A stretch of DNA of 64,000 nucleotides from Tubiluchus corallicola (Eukaryota; Animalia; Priapulida): NCBI GenBank assembly GCA_030141605.1, contig JAQGDQ010000772.1, forward strand, positions 1 through 64,000, given 5' to 3'. The notes under the pieces were generated by a model. The model saw only the letters and a program-made list of their open reading frames with translations. It was not told the origin of the DNA and did no database searches. The position numbers and the translations under genes are program-made. This document shows positions 48,776 through 64,000 of the stretch, one piece after another (within the stretch, counting starts at the first letter, position 1; each line of letters opens with the position of its first letter).

Positions 48776-50299
48776 TCTAGTTTCGTACACAGAATCTGTA
48801 AATTCTGTACAGTTAGTAAATTGTAGCTCAGTTCAGTTCAGTTCCGGGCATTAAACCTTCTTGTATCAGGGTGAGCTTATAGGGAAAAAATCGCTACTTG
48901 GCTGAAAAAGAAAAAAGGCACTTGACGCATAATTATGTAAACTTGCTACGCCTTTTCATTATAATTTTTTATCACTTCGTTCACTTGGTGTCTGTGTCTA
49001 AAGACACACCTTAGCTTGAAACCTTAAGTTTTCTCTTTAAAAACATTTTTCGTCGTTACATTTCCTACCGTAGTTTAAAATGTAAGTCGGCCTGTGTGTA
49101 GTTGATCACCGCTCAGAGCCATCTATCATCCTATCAGAAATAATGCTGCAAACGGCGTAATAATGCTAGTACGATATTACACAAATTAAAAAAAGCAATA
49201 AAAAAATAAGTGTTTAAGTTTTAAGCATCATACTCAAATCATTAACTCCATGGCATGCATGCCAACAAGTAGAAATGCGAATTTGAACAGTAGCAAATCG
49301 ATGATACATACTGCTAATTGCATGTAAATTTTTAATGTATTCCTTATTATACTGATTAAAATTTTCAAATTTAGTTTTTATTAGCAGTAAATGGCCGTTT
49401 ATGCCCTGATTAAGTGCGATATTTGACTGAGACTGGCCGTTTACAGCTACAGTGATTATAATTTTGCTTCTGGGGAAAAACAGTGCAAATTGAAAACATA
49501 TTCTATTATAGTTTTTCCAAAACACATAAACAGATGATGTATAGGTGGGGCAGAGGATGCTAAAAAACTTTTTCAATCTGAAATCATTTCTACATGACAA
49601 AGGTCAGAACGTTTGAACTATCACGAATAGAAACAGACCCCTGTTAGTCATTTTATGTGGCTATGGAAATAATTATTATGGGGAAGGCATCTAGGAGTTT
49701 TTGTATATGAGTAGTAAAATTAAAAGTTAAATTTTTTGCAGATTGTCTTATGTAATGTTTCCTTAAGTAATTAACTATAGGTCAGTTTCTGAATGTTCGA
49801 AACCTTCAAATTTGTTATTAGTGATGAAAATAATAAAAAAATCATTTAGACTGTATGTAATCATGGCATATCAACAAAAAATTTTAATTTTCACTTTCCC
49901 TTCTTATTATTATTCAATATAAATTTGTGCATCATCTTATCAAGTTCAAAAGAAGTAACTGGATATTGTTCATGGTGACTAATAATAATTATTAAGATCT
50001 TCGAATCAAGAAAGAAAAATGTGAGAAACTTGTGCTGCATCATTTTCACAGGATATCTAGATCAGTGTCTGACCCGGGTAGCTGACTGGATAAAGCACGT
50101 TTCTCAATAACTTCCCATTTCAGAATTATGTTTTTAATTTAACAAGTGTAAAGTGTAACGCCCAAAAGTAAAAAAAGGGTAAGAAATAACAACCGTCTGG
50201 TTCTGAATGAATAAATCTATGAAGTATGATTAATTCTGTACGAACTGATATTCATAACAGAATTTTAATGACTGTGACAATACGATGTATACCGAATTC

Positions 50300-50840
50300 C
50301 ATCACCATCATCATCACCATACGCCCGTCACGTCTATTGTCGACATTGGGCAGGCAGAATTCGAAAAAGTTACGCCAGTGCCTTGTCAGCACCATTTCCG
50401 ATTTATCTTAATAGTTATCATGATTAATCAATAGTTGGAATACTGTGCATTGTCAAAACCAGTAAGTCTTTGTTATGTACCCGTCGAAGCTATTTATTTT
50501 TCTCCATCTTAGTACTTAACTATTTGCATGTAAAAACGTAGTTTATCTCTAGATTGTTCGCTAGCCGTCTGGCGGTGACATGTAGAAGTTCTGATTACTG
50601 GAACGTTTGTAATGTACACTTAGGTTGAGAGGTGTTATGGAACTTTTATGGATGGATCTGCCCACCACTTGTCATGTTGCCTTTTAAATTGGTTTGGATG
50701 TCTTGCATTTCTAACCTGTGTGCCCAGCTTGTTCCAGTCACTGACAACCCGGAAAGTGAAACAGATCTTGTTGTTGCGTGAAGGTTTAGAGATCTTAGTC
50801 TTACGCCCTTCACCCCCATACTTGAAAGTAACGTTCGGGA
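50300..50840 (-). mobile_element. CR1-type LINE 3' fragment
   Basis: Minus strand encodes CFTFRVVSDWNKLGTQVRNARHPNQFKRQHDKWW (CR1 ORF2 C-terminus), followed by a (GAT/GGT)n tail near 50300-50320. Confidence 0.7.
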
Positions 50841-53797
50841 TTTAATTTAGTTGTTGTGAAAATCATAACAAAGTTGCAATGAAACATAAACCAGAAAAAG
50901 TATGAAGCTTTGCGCCAAATTTGCTTGCAAGTCAAGACAAGTCGCTCAGCGACGCAACACCTACACACTGAAAGCAGTACAGCACTGCAGTAAGCGCTGG
51001 GCAGACGCCAGACAATTTTTTCCGGTGACTCTACTGAGCGCCATCTCTGGGAAACATAAGCAAAATATAATGAAAAGTCATAGATGTGTATCCTGCTAAC
51101 TCTGAACCTAAAGGCTATGTAGGCTATACCTAATTACCTATAAGGCAATGGAAGAGGTAATGTCCCTTGATGATGAGGTTCAGCTGCAGTAAATTAACTC
51201 GTCGATTAGGCCTTGCCTTTGAATGAAGGTTTCTGACTTGCAATGTGCCAAAGTGGTAAAAGAAAAGTAGTTTATAATATAATTCATTTACCCTTTTTGT
51301 AGATACATCATTAATTGTTATGGGATTTCAGGTTCAACTGCAGTAATAATGTAACTGATTACTAAACTTATATTGAGAAGAAAAGGAGATAAACAAGAAG
51401 CAGAATGAATGAATGAAACAAAATAAAACAGCGAATTAATAATACAAAAAAGAACAAAAATTCAAAAAAGGAAAGAGAATGTAACCAAAAAATCGTTCAT
51501 ATCCAAAACAAGAAAATTGAAAATAACGGCAAAATGTATTGAGAAATTTCGGTAAAAGAAAAGGAATGAAAGGGAATTACCAGAAAATTATTAAAAAAAA
51601 GGCCGTTTTCATCGTCTGTGATCATCTTTAACAGCTGTTACAACAGCAGCAGCAGTAATGCAGCTGGTGATGAGGTGGTAGTTGCTATTGCTCTTGTTGT
51701 TTATAATATTACTTTATATTTAAAAAACTAAGACAGATTGTAATTGTATACAGACTATAGTTAGTTAAGGCTAAAATAGTGCAAGTAAGCGTGTGAAAAT
51801 TGGAATAAAAATAAGTCTGATGAGTTCACGCAAAACAATCCGCACCTACCGGATCTGTTCATAGACATGTAGTAGCACTTTACACCTGAGAAATAGTACT
51901 AGTATCTTAATTAAAAGGCAAAATCGTACAACAGAACCTAGCCAGAATAAATCACTGATATCGTTTTAAAACAGACAATGATTCTCCAACACTATTCTTC
52001 CAGAACAACAAATACGTTGAGAAAGTTGAGAAAAAGAAAAGGAACAGAAAAAAGAATAATTGTTTTTAGATTGGGCATCAGAGCTACACAAAATGAAGTA
52101 AATGGCTTTTGTCAGGGAGCACCGACAGGTATATGGATGCAGAAAACCTCTGCCACTGTTCATAGATCCATAACTTGGGATCAATGGGCAAAACAAGACG
52201 AATTTTTACCCATTCTCAAACACCTTGCCACTAATTTAATTACCAACCTTCAAAGATTTTATCAAGTATAAGAATTCATTGTTTTGCTCCTTCACTAGCT
52301 ACCTACGTTGTGCTACTGCATTTTAAAATTCTTAACGGAAGACCGGACAATTGTTTAGACTCAATCTTATTTTATTTATTTTCCAAAATTTACATTTTTT
52401 TGCTTACAAAAGTTAATAATTGTTCCTTATATTCGAATAATCAGGTTAGAAAGTTAATTAACGGCAACCGAACACAGCTATTGCTTACGTCAGAAACTAA
52501 CCACAGTTTATGCAATGGCAGTTGTCTTCCCTTGCGCATCAAGCACATTTGCATAAGTGTTACAGTACTGTTTAAACGTATGATGTCACGAAAAATGGGC
52601 TTTACATCATATGACGCCAGAAACTAACACTACAGTTCATGATCATGCTTATCACGGTACCGCTTTCTATTTGTCGGCTACACGAATGTGACAAAAACGT
52701 GCTGCTGTCAATCTTAGTAGATTCATTGAGTCGCATTTGAGTATCCGAGGTAATTATTATTTAATCTAAGCTTTGATTTAAAAAAAGCTGTTGTAGTTTT
52801 CAATATTTTAGGGCATTCATTATTCTGAACAAATGTTTACACAATCATCCGGTTTTCCTTTAAAATTATGTGCAATGCACATCATGCTTCAGAATGAGAG
52901 AAATGTGCATTTGTGCGTGAGAATGCTAAATATTGTGTAACAGCCTGGTTATACCAACACCAGTGATGCAACAGTACTATTAGGCAATTATAAAGATCTT
53001 TGGAAAAACGGAAATTGGTTATAATATTTGAAGAATTTCTTAGGTTTAAATTAAAGAATCCATTAATCATGTATTATACAGCATGATTTACAACAGCAAT
53101 ATTAATTGCCGAAAGATTACAACAGTCACGGGCGTAATAGCCTCTCCTTTTTGCAAAGCACAAATATAAATTTAATTAATTAAGTGATACTAACAGTAGC
53201 TTTTAATTCTTGGTTTCACACAGAAGACATCTCGCGTGCTCTTGTGTACACTGGTGGTGCATTTGAAAGATTTGACAGACCACTGACAAACATGTCAGCT
53301 GTCTTCTAATCGATATTTACGTCTTTTTAACAAAGGTAGCTCATGTTGTTTACTGTTTCTGTGAATATGGAAGTGGTAAAATACGGGAATGCATTGTACA
53401 AACAGTTACGTAACTTCTGTAAGCAAATGCAACCCAACAATTATGATCATTAATTCAGAACTATCTCCCCGACCATGATAAATCCGAGGAAAATGTTTTC
53501 AGATATTAAAAAGCCTCAAATGCTTTATCATAGATCATATAATTATATAACCAAGATATAAGTCATTTGTACAGTTTCAACAATACTCTCGTGTCGTGTG
53601 AATCCAATTTTCATTCTCATTTTCGTGTTATGTCTTCACACCTTTCTGTCATAATTATTTCTCCTACCTCACACAAATTATCTTTTATTCCTGCACTTGC
53701 ACATTTTCTTTTCTGTTTGCGTTAATTATTGGGTCTGACCTCTACAATTTCACCATTTTGGACAGTCCAGATTTACACGTTTGTTTTCTTTATAATT

Positions 53798-56198
53798 CTA
53801 TTCTATGGCATCTGAAATACAACCCACACAACTGTCATTTCAGTCTTTTCTAGGACGTCCTTTGCCAAACTCGTTTTTCTTAACACCCATTATTGAAGCT
53901 GAAGTAAATACAGCAATAAATAATTTAAATCAGAATAAAGCCTCCGGTCATGAAAACATTCCTATATCTTTTTACAAATCAGCTGGTCTCTGTATTTCCC
54001 CTGTTCTAACTAAATTGTTTAACAAGGCTATTACTGAAGGTACATTCCCAAACTGTTTAAAGATTGCTAAAATTATTCCTATTTAAAAAGGTGACTCCCC
54101 TGATAACCCCACTAACTATAGGCCAATATCTTTACTTTCACCTATTTCCAAAATTTTTGAAAAATTGCTTTATGACAGACTAACTAAATTTATAAACGAC
54201 AACAAAATTCTCTCTAGATTTCAGTTTGGGTTTCGCAAAAGATACTGCACAGCCCTAGCTATTGCTGAACTTATAGACAATCTGTTACTAAATATGGATC
54301 ACAATAAGTACACCTGTGCCATATTCTTAGATTTGTCTAAGGCCTTTGATACTGTACAACATGATATTTTACTAGCCAAACTTGAACCTATGGTATCAGA
54401 GGCCTGCCTCTTTACACAATAGAAAACAATATACATCTATCGAGAATAAAAACTCAGATCTGGTAAATGTGCAGTATGGTGTTCCTCAAGGCTCAACTCT
54501 TGGTCCCCTTTTTTTCTTACTCTACATAAATGATCTCCCTTCAAATACCCAGTTACATACCAGACTTTTTGCTGATGATACTAGCTTTTTCAGTTCTGAT
54601 ACTAACATAAGTCACCTAGAAGAATTTCTTAATGTTGAACTAGCTAAAATAGATCTATGGATGAGAGCCAACCGGCTTTCTATAAACTATTCCAAAACAA
54701 AATATATGATAATTGGTAATCCCAGAAAAGTAAAAAATTTAACATTAAATTTGACAATGGAAAATACCAGGATACAATCTGTACATCAAATAAAATATCT
54801 AGGAGTATTAATAGATCACAATCTTTCATGGAAAGCACATATACAATACCAAACAATTGTTAACAAAACCAGTAAAATTATAGGTATTTTTTCAAATGTT
54901 AGGCATTTTCTGAATTATGATTCAAAAAAACTTCTATATTCTTCCCTATTTTCACCGTATTTAGAATACAGCATACTTACCTATGGCTCAGCACCCCATT
55001 CCACATTGTATCCCCTAATTACAAATCAAAATAAATTTATAAAGCTTTGGACAAATACAAATAGAAGAGCCCATGTTACACCTTTGTACCACCAGCATAA
55101 AATCTTGAAACTTCGGGATATATATAAATTAGAGGTGGCCAAATTTTTATATAGGTTTAAACATAATATGCTTCCTGAAATTTTTCAGAATGATTACAAA
55201 TCTGTAGCCCAGATGCACGAGTATCATACACGATTTGCCACTAACCAAACTTTCTATGTACATAGATTTAATACTAACAAAGGGCAAAGATCTCTACCTT
55301 ATGAAGGTGCTTTGTTGTGGAACAGCCTGTCTATTGAACTAAAAAATGGCACCTTTAGCAATTTGATAATTAACTATAAATCCTTTCTTATTTCTAATTA
55401 CAATGTGTGACTTTTCTGCTAAGATCAAATCTGATAAATCTTCCCTGTTAGTGTTAATGTATTACCCTTGAGCTAATCTATTAACTATAATTATATTACC
55501 ATAGTACATCTTCTCATCAAAGTGTAAAATTGTTATTATTTCTTCGCAACTATGAAAAGGGAAGGTAAGTAATAATCTTCAAATAAATCAATCAACTACA
55601 ACAGTTTTTCTCATACTTAATGTTTTATAACTGTGCCTGCTCCACTTATGTTTTTACTTCCATATTATGCTCTTCTTACTTCATATATATTCACTTTATT
55701 ATGATTATTTTGCTCGTTGTTTCACAGCTATTATTAAGTTTTTATTATATTTTGTTTGAGTTTATTACTACATATTTTGTTTCTTTCACTAACTTATTAT
55801 TTATGTTTTTTGTTGTTTTTTTTGGTTTGACTTTTTTCTAGTTTTTTTGTTTTAATTGGTTAGTTAAATGCTTTACATATTTTGTTAATCATCATTTCAT
55901 ATTTTTCATTTTATTTCTTTGTTGCATAGCCTACTTAGTTGTTTCGCTTTCATGTTTAATGTATCCCCCCCATAAATTCATGTTAACAGTAGCACCACAA
56001 ATTTTTTACAGTTTTCACTAACCTGAGAAGAGTAGCTGACTCGATGACCAATTGGTCTACCCTTTCTCCTGCACCCCCTTAACTCTTTCCTTTATGCTTA
56101 ATTTATCCTTTTTTATTCAATAACTAAAAAAAATAATTAGTCAATTTGTATACAGGTGTAAATGAGGAGATAAATAAAAATGTCTATGTCTATGTCTA
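53798..56198 (+). mobile_element. 5'-truncated, disrupted CR1/L2-group LINE with reverse transcriptase and 3' UTR
   Basis: RT motifs NYRPISLL, QFGFRK, FLDLSKAFDTV, GVPQGSTLGP, LFADD, KYLGV across ORFs 53805..55410; (ctatgt)n tail; candidate TSD ttataatt (53790-53797, 56199-56206). Confidence 0.95.
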
Positions 56199-56894
56199 TT
56201 ATAATTAAATTCACCAAATTTATGTTTTATTAATGTTATGGACAATAGAATAAACTAAATTATATTAAACCAGAAAATGTGATATCCACAATTTATGTTG
56301 CTTTCATGTGTAGTGAATGTTACTAAATTGAATAAACTAAATATGACACAAGTTCGAAAAATCATTCTCTTCTTTTGTAAAATTAGAAGTGTTTATAAGT
56401 ACTGGCGCAACTAATAAGCCAATCACTCATATTCTCGCCAGATAACTCATGTCTTAGTGTAAGAAATTATTTTTTCAGAATCTATCCAACTCCTACACAT
56501 CTATGATCAAGTGTGGATAAACCGTGGAACTAAACCGCAAATTTGAAAACAAAAGACCATTCTGGGAAGGTGTTACCAAAATGTCGTCAAATGCCGAATG
56601 CCGCTGGTAGATAAATTATTGGTGATCATTTCATTCTCTAAAATTTTGCCTGGATTGACTTATTAAAATGAGAATGTCATCCACTTTTAAAACATTAAGT
56701 AAGTTTTCATTTTTAGACATTTGATGCTATTTCGATGGATTATGTTTAAGGCAATTGAGACGGAAGTTGTATACAATTAAAAAATAGGAAATTTTGAGAA
56801 TTTTTTACGACCTGTTTGTTTTTGTACTCGTGTAGTAAGTAAGTAGGATTAAGGGCTGCCCGCAGGCATGAAATTTTACTCGTATACCAAATTC

Positions 56895-57974
56895 GGGAGC
56901 GCAGACATGCAATTTTTAATTGTGCAAATCGCGCTATAGTCTATAGTCGCATTATAGAGCTTGAAGAGGTTGCATGTATGTGTGCATATTAATTCATAAA
57001 AAGACAAAATTTAATAGACACCGGGAATATTGAACTTACCTAGCAACTTGACAGCAATTACAGAAAGGGCAATTTTATAAACTGTATGATGACTTGTAAA
57101 GTTACAGACTCTTCATCTCCACATCAAAGTTTGTCTAAAAAATGTTCACGTAGATGCTTTAATCAACACAAGAGGAAAAGTTTATCACAATGGAAAATTT
57201 TCTCACAAAACTGAAAAAGAGTTCATAGTGGCGCGACTCTACGTTCTTTAGTTACCGTTTTACTGGATGTGTCCAAACAGTTTTGATGAACTGCTGCATA
57301 TTATAGGGCGTAGCACTGTACATTACCTGTCTCGATAATAAGTGGAGAAAGAACCTCACCTCAGAGAATCAGTACAAACTTTAAGCTGACTAATGTAGCA
57401 GCTGTCATATACTAGCATACATTACCTTAAAAACAAAAACTACCGTCTGCACAAAAAAAGGAAGAAATGTTGTTTAGTGATATCAGATACGAAAAGGTTA
57501 AATTATTTAGTAGTGTGAATTTTTACAATTTACAGTTCATGTATTTCCTAGGGAGAGTGCAAAATTTCTTTCATAAAAAGACAAATAGGCAAGTGCGATT
57601 GATTCACAGTGCACTGGAATATGGGAGTTTGAGCAACTAACCAGGAGTGTAAGTGGTGTCTGTCATTGCGGAAGGCTGCAGTAAAAAGAAAAATTAGCAG
57701 TGTGGAGTAAAAAGGTGTTGATTATATTGAGATGTGTCATATGCGCTGTTCACTTTCAAAACTTCATATTTTGTCTTCAATTCCGAGTTTGTCACTTAGT
57801 CGCCTAATCGATGGTAGCAAAGATAGTAAGAATAATTTATGGTCATTAATTTGTTCTTCTTATCTCTCTTTTATATGCTTAATGGGGCCTCTTCATAACG
57901 CTTAAGTATTGCGTTTAGCTGAAAGTTGTGCAATTAAAAATTGCATGTCATATACTGCATGTCTGCGTGCCCCC
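56895..57974 (+). mobile_element. Probable PIF/Harbinger-derived element
   Basis: Imperfect inverted ends gggagcgcagacatgca / tgcatgtctgcgtgcccc; remnants KGQFYKLYDDL and FYWMCPNSFDELLHII resemble the Harbinger transposase N-terminus. Confidence 0.5.
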
Positions 57975-60142
57975 AATGAAAAGGTACATAATGAAATAAT
58001 TCAGTAACTAAAAGTTTGAGCCAGATTGCAATTTTTAGTTGCATTAGTCTGCACGCCATGCTCTCATCGACTTAAGTTATTTAGAGATCTTGCTATTTTT
58101 AGTTTAGCAACTCAAAGTTGCACATCTGTACAGAATTTAGAGTACTTTTAGAATTTAGAGCACCAATCTTTTTAGTACATTATAAGCTGTTTGATGTCAA
58201 TCCCTATTTCCATATAATTTACTATCCCTGCAATTCTCTTCTGTTTATTGGCCTATTTTTTACTGTAAAGTATTTCCACACATCTGTCTTCGCATGTTTA
58301 CTAACTACCACTACTAGTTACATTCTTGAGAAGATAGCATGAAAAATTATTCATCCTTAAGAAATGGAAATAGTTATATGCACATTTAGAGCCACAGTTT
58401 GTGTAAACTTACCTCAGACTATAACAATGTATGTAAAATTTTTATTGGCGGCTTTGCAGTCATTTGATGCATATCACTGGTCAACACTAGTACATACCAT
58501 CTCAAGGGTAGGCTTAGCAGACCTCGAAATTTCATGTGAATGCTCATTCAGGTAATACCTAAGTTATGTAACAACCATTTTAGCACAACCTGACTTCCGT
58601 TCATGTGAATCCTTATTGTTGGTAGGTGACTAGTACTACTGTCATGTTCACTTTTCTTCTTTAAGCTACGTCATCTGCTCTTACAAGCTGTCATTGCTAA
58701 AACTCATTGCTTTACTATTTTGAAAAATATTCCCCCAAAAGAATTTGATAATCAGCATATGGTAGTCAGGCCGACCACAAAAAATTTTGTTTCTGTCTTA
58801 CTTTATGAGCTCAAAAGATGTCAGTAGGGAGGGAAGAAAAAGCTTCTTTTTTTTCAAAAAAAATTTTCTTAAAGCTTTGTGAATGTGTAAAGCTGAGTCC
58901 CGGCCGGGTGTGCGATAAAGAAATATTACCAAGCAATTAGCCGGAAACAGAAGTATTGTTTTGCCTCACCATAGCTACTCTGCTCAGCCCAATCAGTTAA
59001 AGATGGCCACAATGTTTATAATTTTTGTTAATTTTGAAGTGAAGTAAATATGTTTCTATAGCACACTGTTGCTATACGTAGCATAAATTATGTTTTTCTA
59101 AATGTGCAAGCAAACGTGATAATTATAGTTTTTTACGCAAAGTATTATATTTATATTATCGCATCTTTTGATGAGTTACACGAAAAATCCTAGGTAACCT
59201 TTTTTCTAAATCACGATAAACTCCTGTGGTGTTGACCCCTCTCGATTAAAGTTTAAGAACCAGAGCAGTCCACTGCTTCTTCACTTTACCTCGAATGGTC
59301 ATCAGCCTTGTTTTGACATGGTTTGTACACTACACATATCACAAGTGTACAATGGTTCCACATTTGTGGTATCAGGTGGTTTGTTTCAAGTGAATAATTG
59401 TAGCTGTGCTGTCTGAAAAGCTTAGTTTGCAATGCATTTCACTTGAAACACACTACTGTATGTCTAGTGCGTTACAGAATGTATCGTTAAGTGTGGAGTA
59501 CACAGCTCTCTCTGTGGTGTCTTATTATAACATCTCGGTGTTAATCGCACCACGCACTTCCACCAGTGGGTATTTGCAATTAGGCTAATACGTCCGCTTT
59601 CTGATCTGTTCATTTAGAACCTGTATTGATTGAGACTAGCTGCTTCCGGAAATCAAATTTTCCCGTTACTTTCTGATCAATCACATGCTTGATGTTGGTG
59701 AAACTTGGCTATTGGGAACCTGACATCGGCGGGTGCTACCGAGTATGTAGTGCTTATTGTGCTGAGAATTGTGTTTATTTGCTAAAGCAATCATAGTAAG
59801 TAGTGCAGTAGTTCTAGTACTTTGTCACACATGCGTATGTATGGCATACTTGGCCCCCTGTACTGTTGCTCAGTAGCTTACTATTGATTAGTGTGTTTTA
59901 ATAACATGATGTATCAACTTAACCTCAAATAGACAAACGTGGTGGCTGAAAGATTTGGATGAGTGAAAAGCAATAAAAATTCTGTTTCCTATGAGATTTT
60001 CATTGGTTGCTCACACATTACTGTTAAACCATTGATAGTCGCTGTATTCAGAAATATGGTATAATATTATAGCTGGATGTGTCGTTTCAAAAGATATGAA
60101 TAAGATCTTTATAAGTCAAAACTTTTTATCATATACACTTAA

Positions 60143-60687
60143 AGTACAATAAAACCCTACACTTACATAAAGCTCAGAAAACTCGCCTTGAAACTTTATA
60201 CCACTTACGTACTGTCTTTTTTTGCATACAGGGCTTGCGTCGGCTGTGACGCTGTATAAAACCTGTAAATTTAAATTTCCGCGATGACCGTTAGACACAG
60301 CCATGTTGACGATAAGTCACTTGAAACAAGTTTAGATAACATTGCTTGAAGTTTGAAAAAATAATCAGAACATTCGTAGCGCACATGTTACTAACTAAGT
60401 AAGATTTGAATGTCTGTATCTTGTCAATAAGATTAAAAATACATTTTTGATTAGTGAGTGGTGCACCCTGGAGGTAAGTCAATGAGATTTTCCCCTGATT
60501 TACGTTGTGCGTATATGACGTCATGTAATGGCGCGATCAGAACAGTTTTGCGGAAGATTTCAAATGAAAATGAACAAAAATTCTTTTCAACACGAGTAAG
60601 ATATATGCTTGAAATTGCTATAAAGTAATATAATTTTTTAAAGGAGATTTTTCTGAAACCTACTTCAGGTCCCCCTTTTCTTGTCAT
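60143..60687 (-). mobile_element. TTAA-flanked non-autonomous DNA transposon (Kolobok-like), copy 2
   Basis: Reverse-complement homologue of 31426-32058 with TTAA on both sides. Confidence 0.75.
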
Positions 60688-61024
60688 TTAAGTGTCGAAC
60701 AAAGTATGACAGCCTGTGTTGTTTTTGTCAAAAGGTTTTTTCAACCGAGTTGACAGTTGCATGGTTATATAAAATAGTTCAATGTAAAATTTGTTTTTTG
60801 CAAAGCTTCATTTACAAAAATTTATCTCACCTTGACAGCATTCAAGTGCCGGATTAGTTAACTCTAGCACAATTGTTTCAAGTTGTATTTAGTTTAGATT
60901 CTTTCTCACTTGTATCCATCAGCAAAAGTAGGTAATTCGTACTGCATCGGATGTTGACTTCACAAACTCTTAAATTGATCTCATCAAATCTGAGAATACA
61001 TGTAAAGTACTTAGGATTTTAGTA

Positions 61025-61399
61025 TAGTCAGCCCTCGTTAAACCAGACTAATTTAGGGGGGGAGGGGGTCCGGTTTAGCCGATTGTCCGATTTATCCGAT
61101 ATGCCTATATATGGTCTATATTATACAGGAATAATCACCTTAATAAGGCCTATATGCATTGCACTGTATACTATACTGTATATTACTTTAAAATAGTTAA
61201 CCTGTGAGGATAAAGAAATTATTGTACAGTTTAAATAAAAAATGGCTTTGGCCCGTCAATGGCTCGTGGTGAGTTGGTAGGCCGTGTTGTGTTTAGCGCT
61301 CCGGCTCGGTCGGAAATCGGTCAGTTTCCTTTACCACGGATGACGTCTGTTTTATCCGATATCCGGGCTAACGGGGTCCGGTTTAACGAGGGTCGACTG
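61025..61399. mobile_element. Tc1/mariner-pogo (Tigger-like) MITE
   Basis: TIRs tagtcagccctcgttaaaccagac / gtccggtttaacgagggtcgactg with TA on both sides. Confidence 0.8.
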
Positions 61400-61796
61400 T
61401 ACAAAAGTTTTTTCGAGTGTTATTTTTTATCTCATTTAACATTACAGCTAAATTTGCCGTGATGTTCATTTTACTGTAAGTTGGAAAACAAGAAAACACT
61501 CTTCATAAATAAAGCTCAAAAATGCTGTATAAAAGTTGTAGATTTAAACTCCTGCAATGACCGTTAGGCATAGCCATTTTATAAGTATGCCATTTGAAAC
61601 AAGCTTAGATAACTTTAGGTAAAATTTGAAAAAAAATCAGAGCATTTGTAGCACACTCTTTGCTAAGACACTAACTGAGTAAAAGTATAAATTACTTTGT
61701 TATCTTAATAACATCAGTAATCTGTTTATTTTTTGGTGAGCCATTGGTGCACTCTGGGATTGTGGTACAGTTACATTTTACTAGTTACCTCGAACA

Positions 61797-62190
61797 ACTA
61801 GTTGCCAGGCCGTCACTTTGTTTACATCACGTATATCAGTGTAACCACGTGTATATCTCTATGTATAAAAATATAGAATCAATTGTGCGGAGTTATTTGA
61901 GTCAATTGCAGACAGTTTTTATATACTTTTGCATAGGAGCGGCCAGTTCTTAGGAATTTTTGAGACAATTAGATATCATGTATCCTTGATAGTTGGGTAT
62001 TTTAAATCATGCATGAAACAAGGTAACTGATATTTTAAGTCTACTTAGAGAGGCTCTCTATGGTCAAAAAATTGCAATTTGTTGCTGGCTCCAAGGGGGC
62101 CTCGCCCCCCTTGAACCCCCATGGGGTCTACACGGCCCCCAACCCCCCGGCCTGTTTCAGTTTTTTGCAATTTATCATAGTCATTCCTGA
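61797..62190. mobile_element. Partial inverted copy of the hAT MITE at 12167-12613
   Basis: About 300 bp of high similarity; both translate to MYKNIESIVRSYLSQLQTVFIY. Confidence 0.8.
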
Positions 62191-64000
62191 AAATGCCTAT
62201 TTTTAGCAAGTATTATCTCGCATACGATGCCTAAACTGACCACTTAGCCTACTGTTAGAAGACTGTACATCTGCAGCCTGTTTTGTAGACTCATCATTTA
62301 TAGTCCGAGTTGTAAGAAACAAATTTCTAAATTGTCTGTGTTGCTTCCTGTCTTAGCTTTTTTCAGTGCTCAAGCTCGTTTCATACCAACTGTACTTTCT
62401 ACAGACTGTCGCTTGTCGATAGAAACCACTTTTTCTTAATTTTAGTTCGTTGCAACTTGACTCTTGTTGGTTTGCATTATAGGATTAGCTATTATAAAAA
62501 TTCTCTGAACATGAATATTGACTATTATATAAATTTTGACTATTATCGGTATAGATTTCAAGCACTAATCGAGACAAACTATGAGTATACTTTTTACTTC
62601 ATTACTGTTTGTCACTAACTCATATACTCACGTTTCGTATTTGCAATAAACAGGCAACAAAAAATTATGATAAATTATGGTAGTTGATGGCAGTAGTTGT
62701 TGTAGGTCTGGAAATTGTGCGGCATATTTGCATAATTCGTCACGATATTTTTATTCTTACCCATAAGCCATTTTGTTCATAACCAGTATTCACAGAAAAG
62801 CAGCCCCCGGGTTCCTACAAGAGTTTATTTCCGACACATGAAACCGAAGAAGTAGCTCTTTACAGCAATTATTCTGACGGGACAATCTGACAACTCATGA
62901 GACGACTTTAAGCCGCGATGTTATCGAAACAAAAAATTTACCATTTCTATCAATATCTGTTTCTATTACCTGTTTCCATCAAATTCCACCAAGATACCTG
63001 TTTCTATCAATTTCCTGTGTTGCATGAATTTCTGTTTCGGTTTGTAAAATTCATTGGTAACACGCCTGGGTTTAAGTTAATTGTAATTTGAAAAATAAAA
63101 AACTGTCTGCAATATAGTATATTTCAAGCAAGCTGTGTTATGTAACTGATACAGGTATATTATGCACGGTGTATACTGAAAGGTGTGTGGGCAAAACACA
63201 GTTTCGATGTTTTGAACTAAACGTTATAAAAACATTTTGTGCTATTTGTTGCCACCTGGGCGTGCATTCGGCTTACGTTTTTCCTAGGCAAGGTATTTCT
63301 AAATTATTAGTGGCATTAGTGTAACTTCTTAATGCTAGTATCAATAGGATAACGGTCTGTGGTTACGTATTATTATTATTTGTTTGTTTGCTATGTAATT
63401 ATTACAGTTTTTGTATGGAATATTATTGAGCGTAGTTTTTAACGCCTACATCTACGTCCCACTCATTCAAAATTTTTTTGGAAGTGTGCTAAACATAAAC
63501 TTCATACCATTTTGTAGACTTTTCAACCCCTACAAGCCCCACCATAGTTTTTTTTATAAAGATAATTGCCAACTGTGTACTATATTCTAAATTATAAGCA
63601 AAAATTCAAATTTGCAAAAACTGATCTATGCTTAAAAAAATTCACAGCACCCATCTTTGAAAGTTTCAGCTAATTTCTCTGCTACATTGAAACGACTAAT
63701 ACCTAGTTAAAAAATAAAAGAGAAATCAGCATGCATTGAATGGAATTTGAATACTAGAATCTCTTTTCTGCCTGCAGAAAACTATACTACACTCCCTGTT
63801 TGTTTTCTTTCAACACAGAAAATCCCTTCACCTTGTACGGTGATTCGATTTGCGCTGCCACATGATTTGATTTTTCAACTTAAACATGTCACCTGTAATG
63901 AAATCCTGACTGTACAGGTCTTCCCAGATGTTCCTCTGTCGTCAGATAGCTTTTAAGAGTTATAAAATTAAGATATTTTAACATCCAGACAATTTAAAGA

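Noticed and set aside
53805-55410. Active or domesticated reverse transcriptase
   Set aside because: 5'-truncated with no endonuclease, and split by a stop and frameshifts.

Overview
AT-rich eukaryotic (invertebrate, probably protostome) genomic DNA. The one confidently identifiable gene is the 5' part of CaMKII on the minus strand: four coding exons (48572-48648, 45881-45975, 40613-40672, 12765-12819) with canonical GT-AG sites that splice in frame. Introns are 2.6, 5.2, 27.8 and >12.7 kb, and exon 5 was not found in the window. The introns hold nine unrelated tandem arrays (units 32-137 bp, mostly 1.1-1.8 kb long), decayed CR1/L2-type LINEs, a truncated Tc1 transposase, hAT/Kolobok/Tigger-like MITEs and a 5S rRNA retrocopy with a target-site duplication. 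Most long ORFs in the supplied track are artefacts of stop-free repeat units. The most unusual signal lies between the arrays: several 150-200-codon, protein-like reading frames contain only TAA/TAG internally and end at TGA. These may be foreign DNA using a TAR=Gln code, or indel-poor decayed genes; this is unproven without homology searches.
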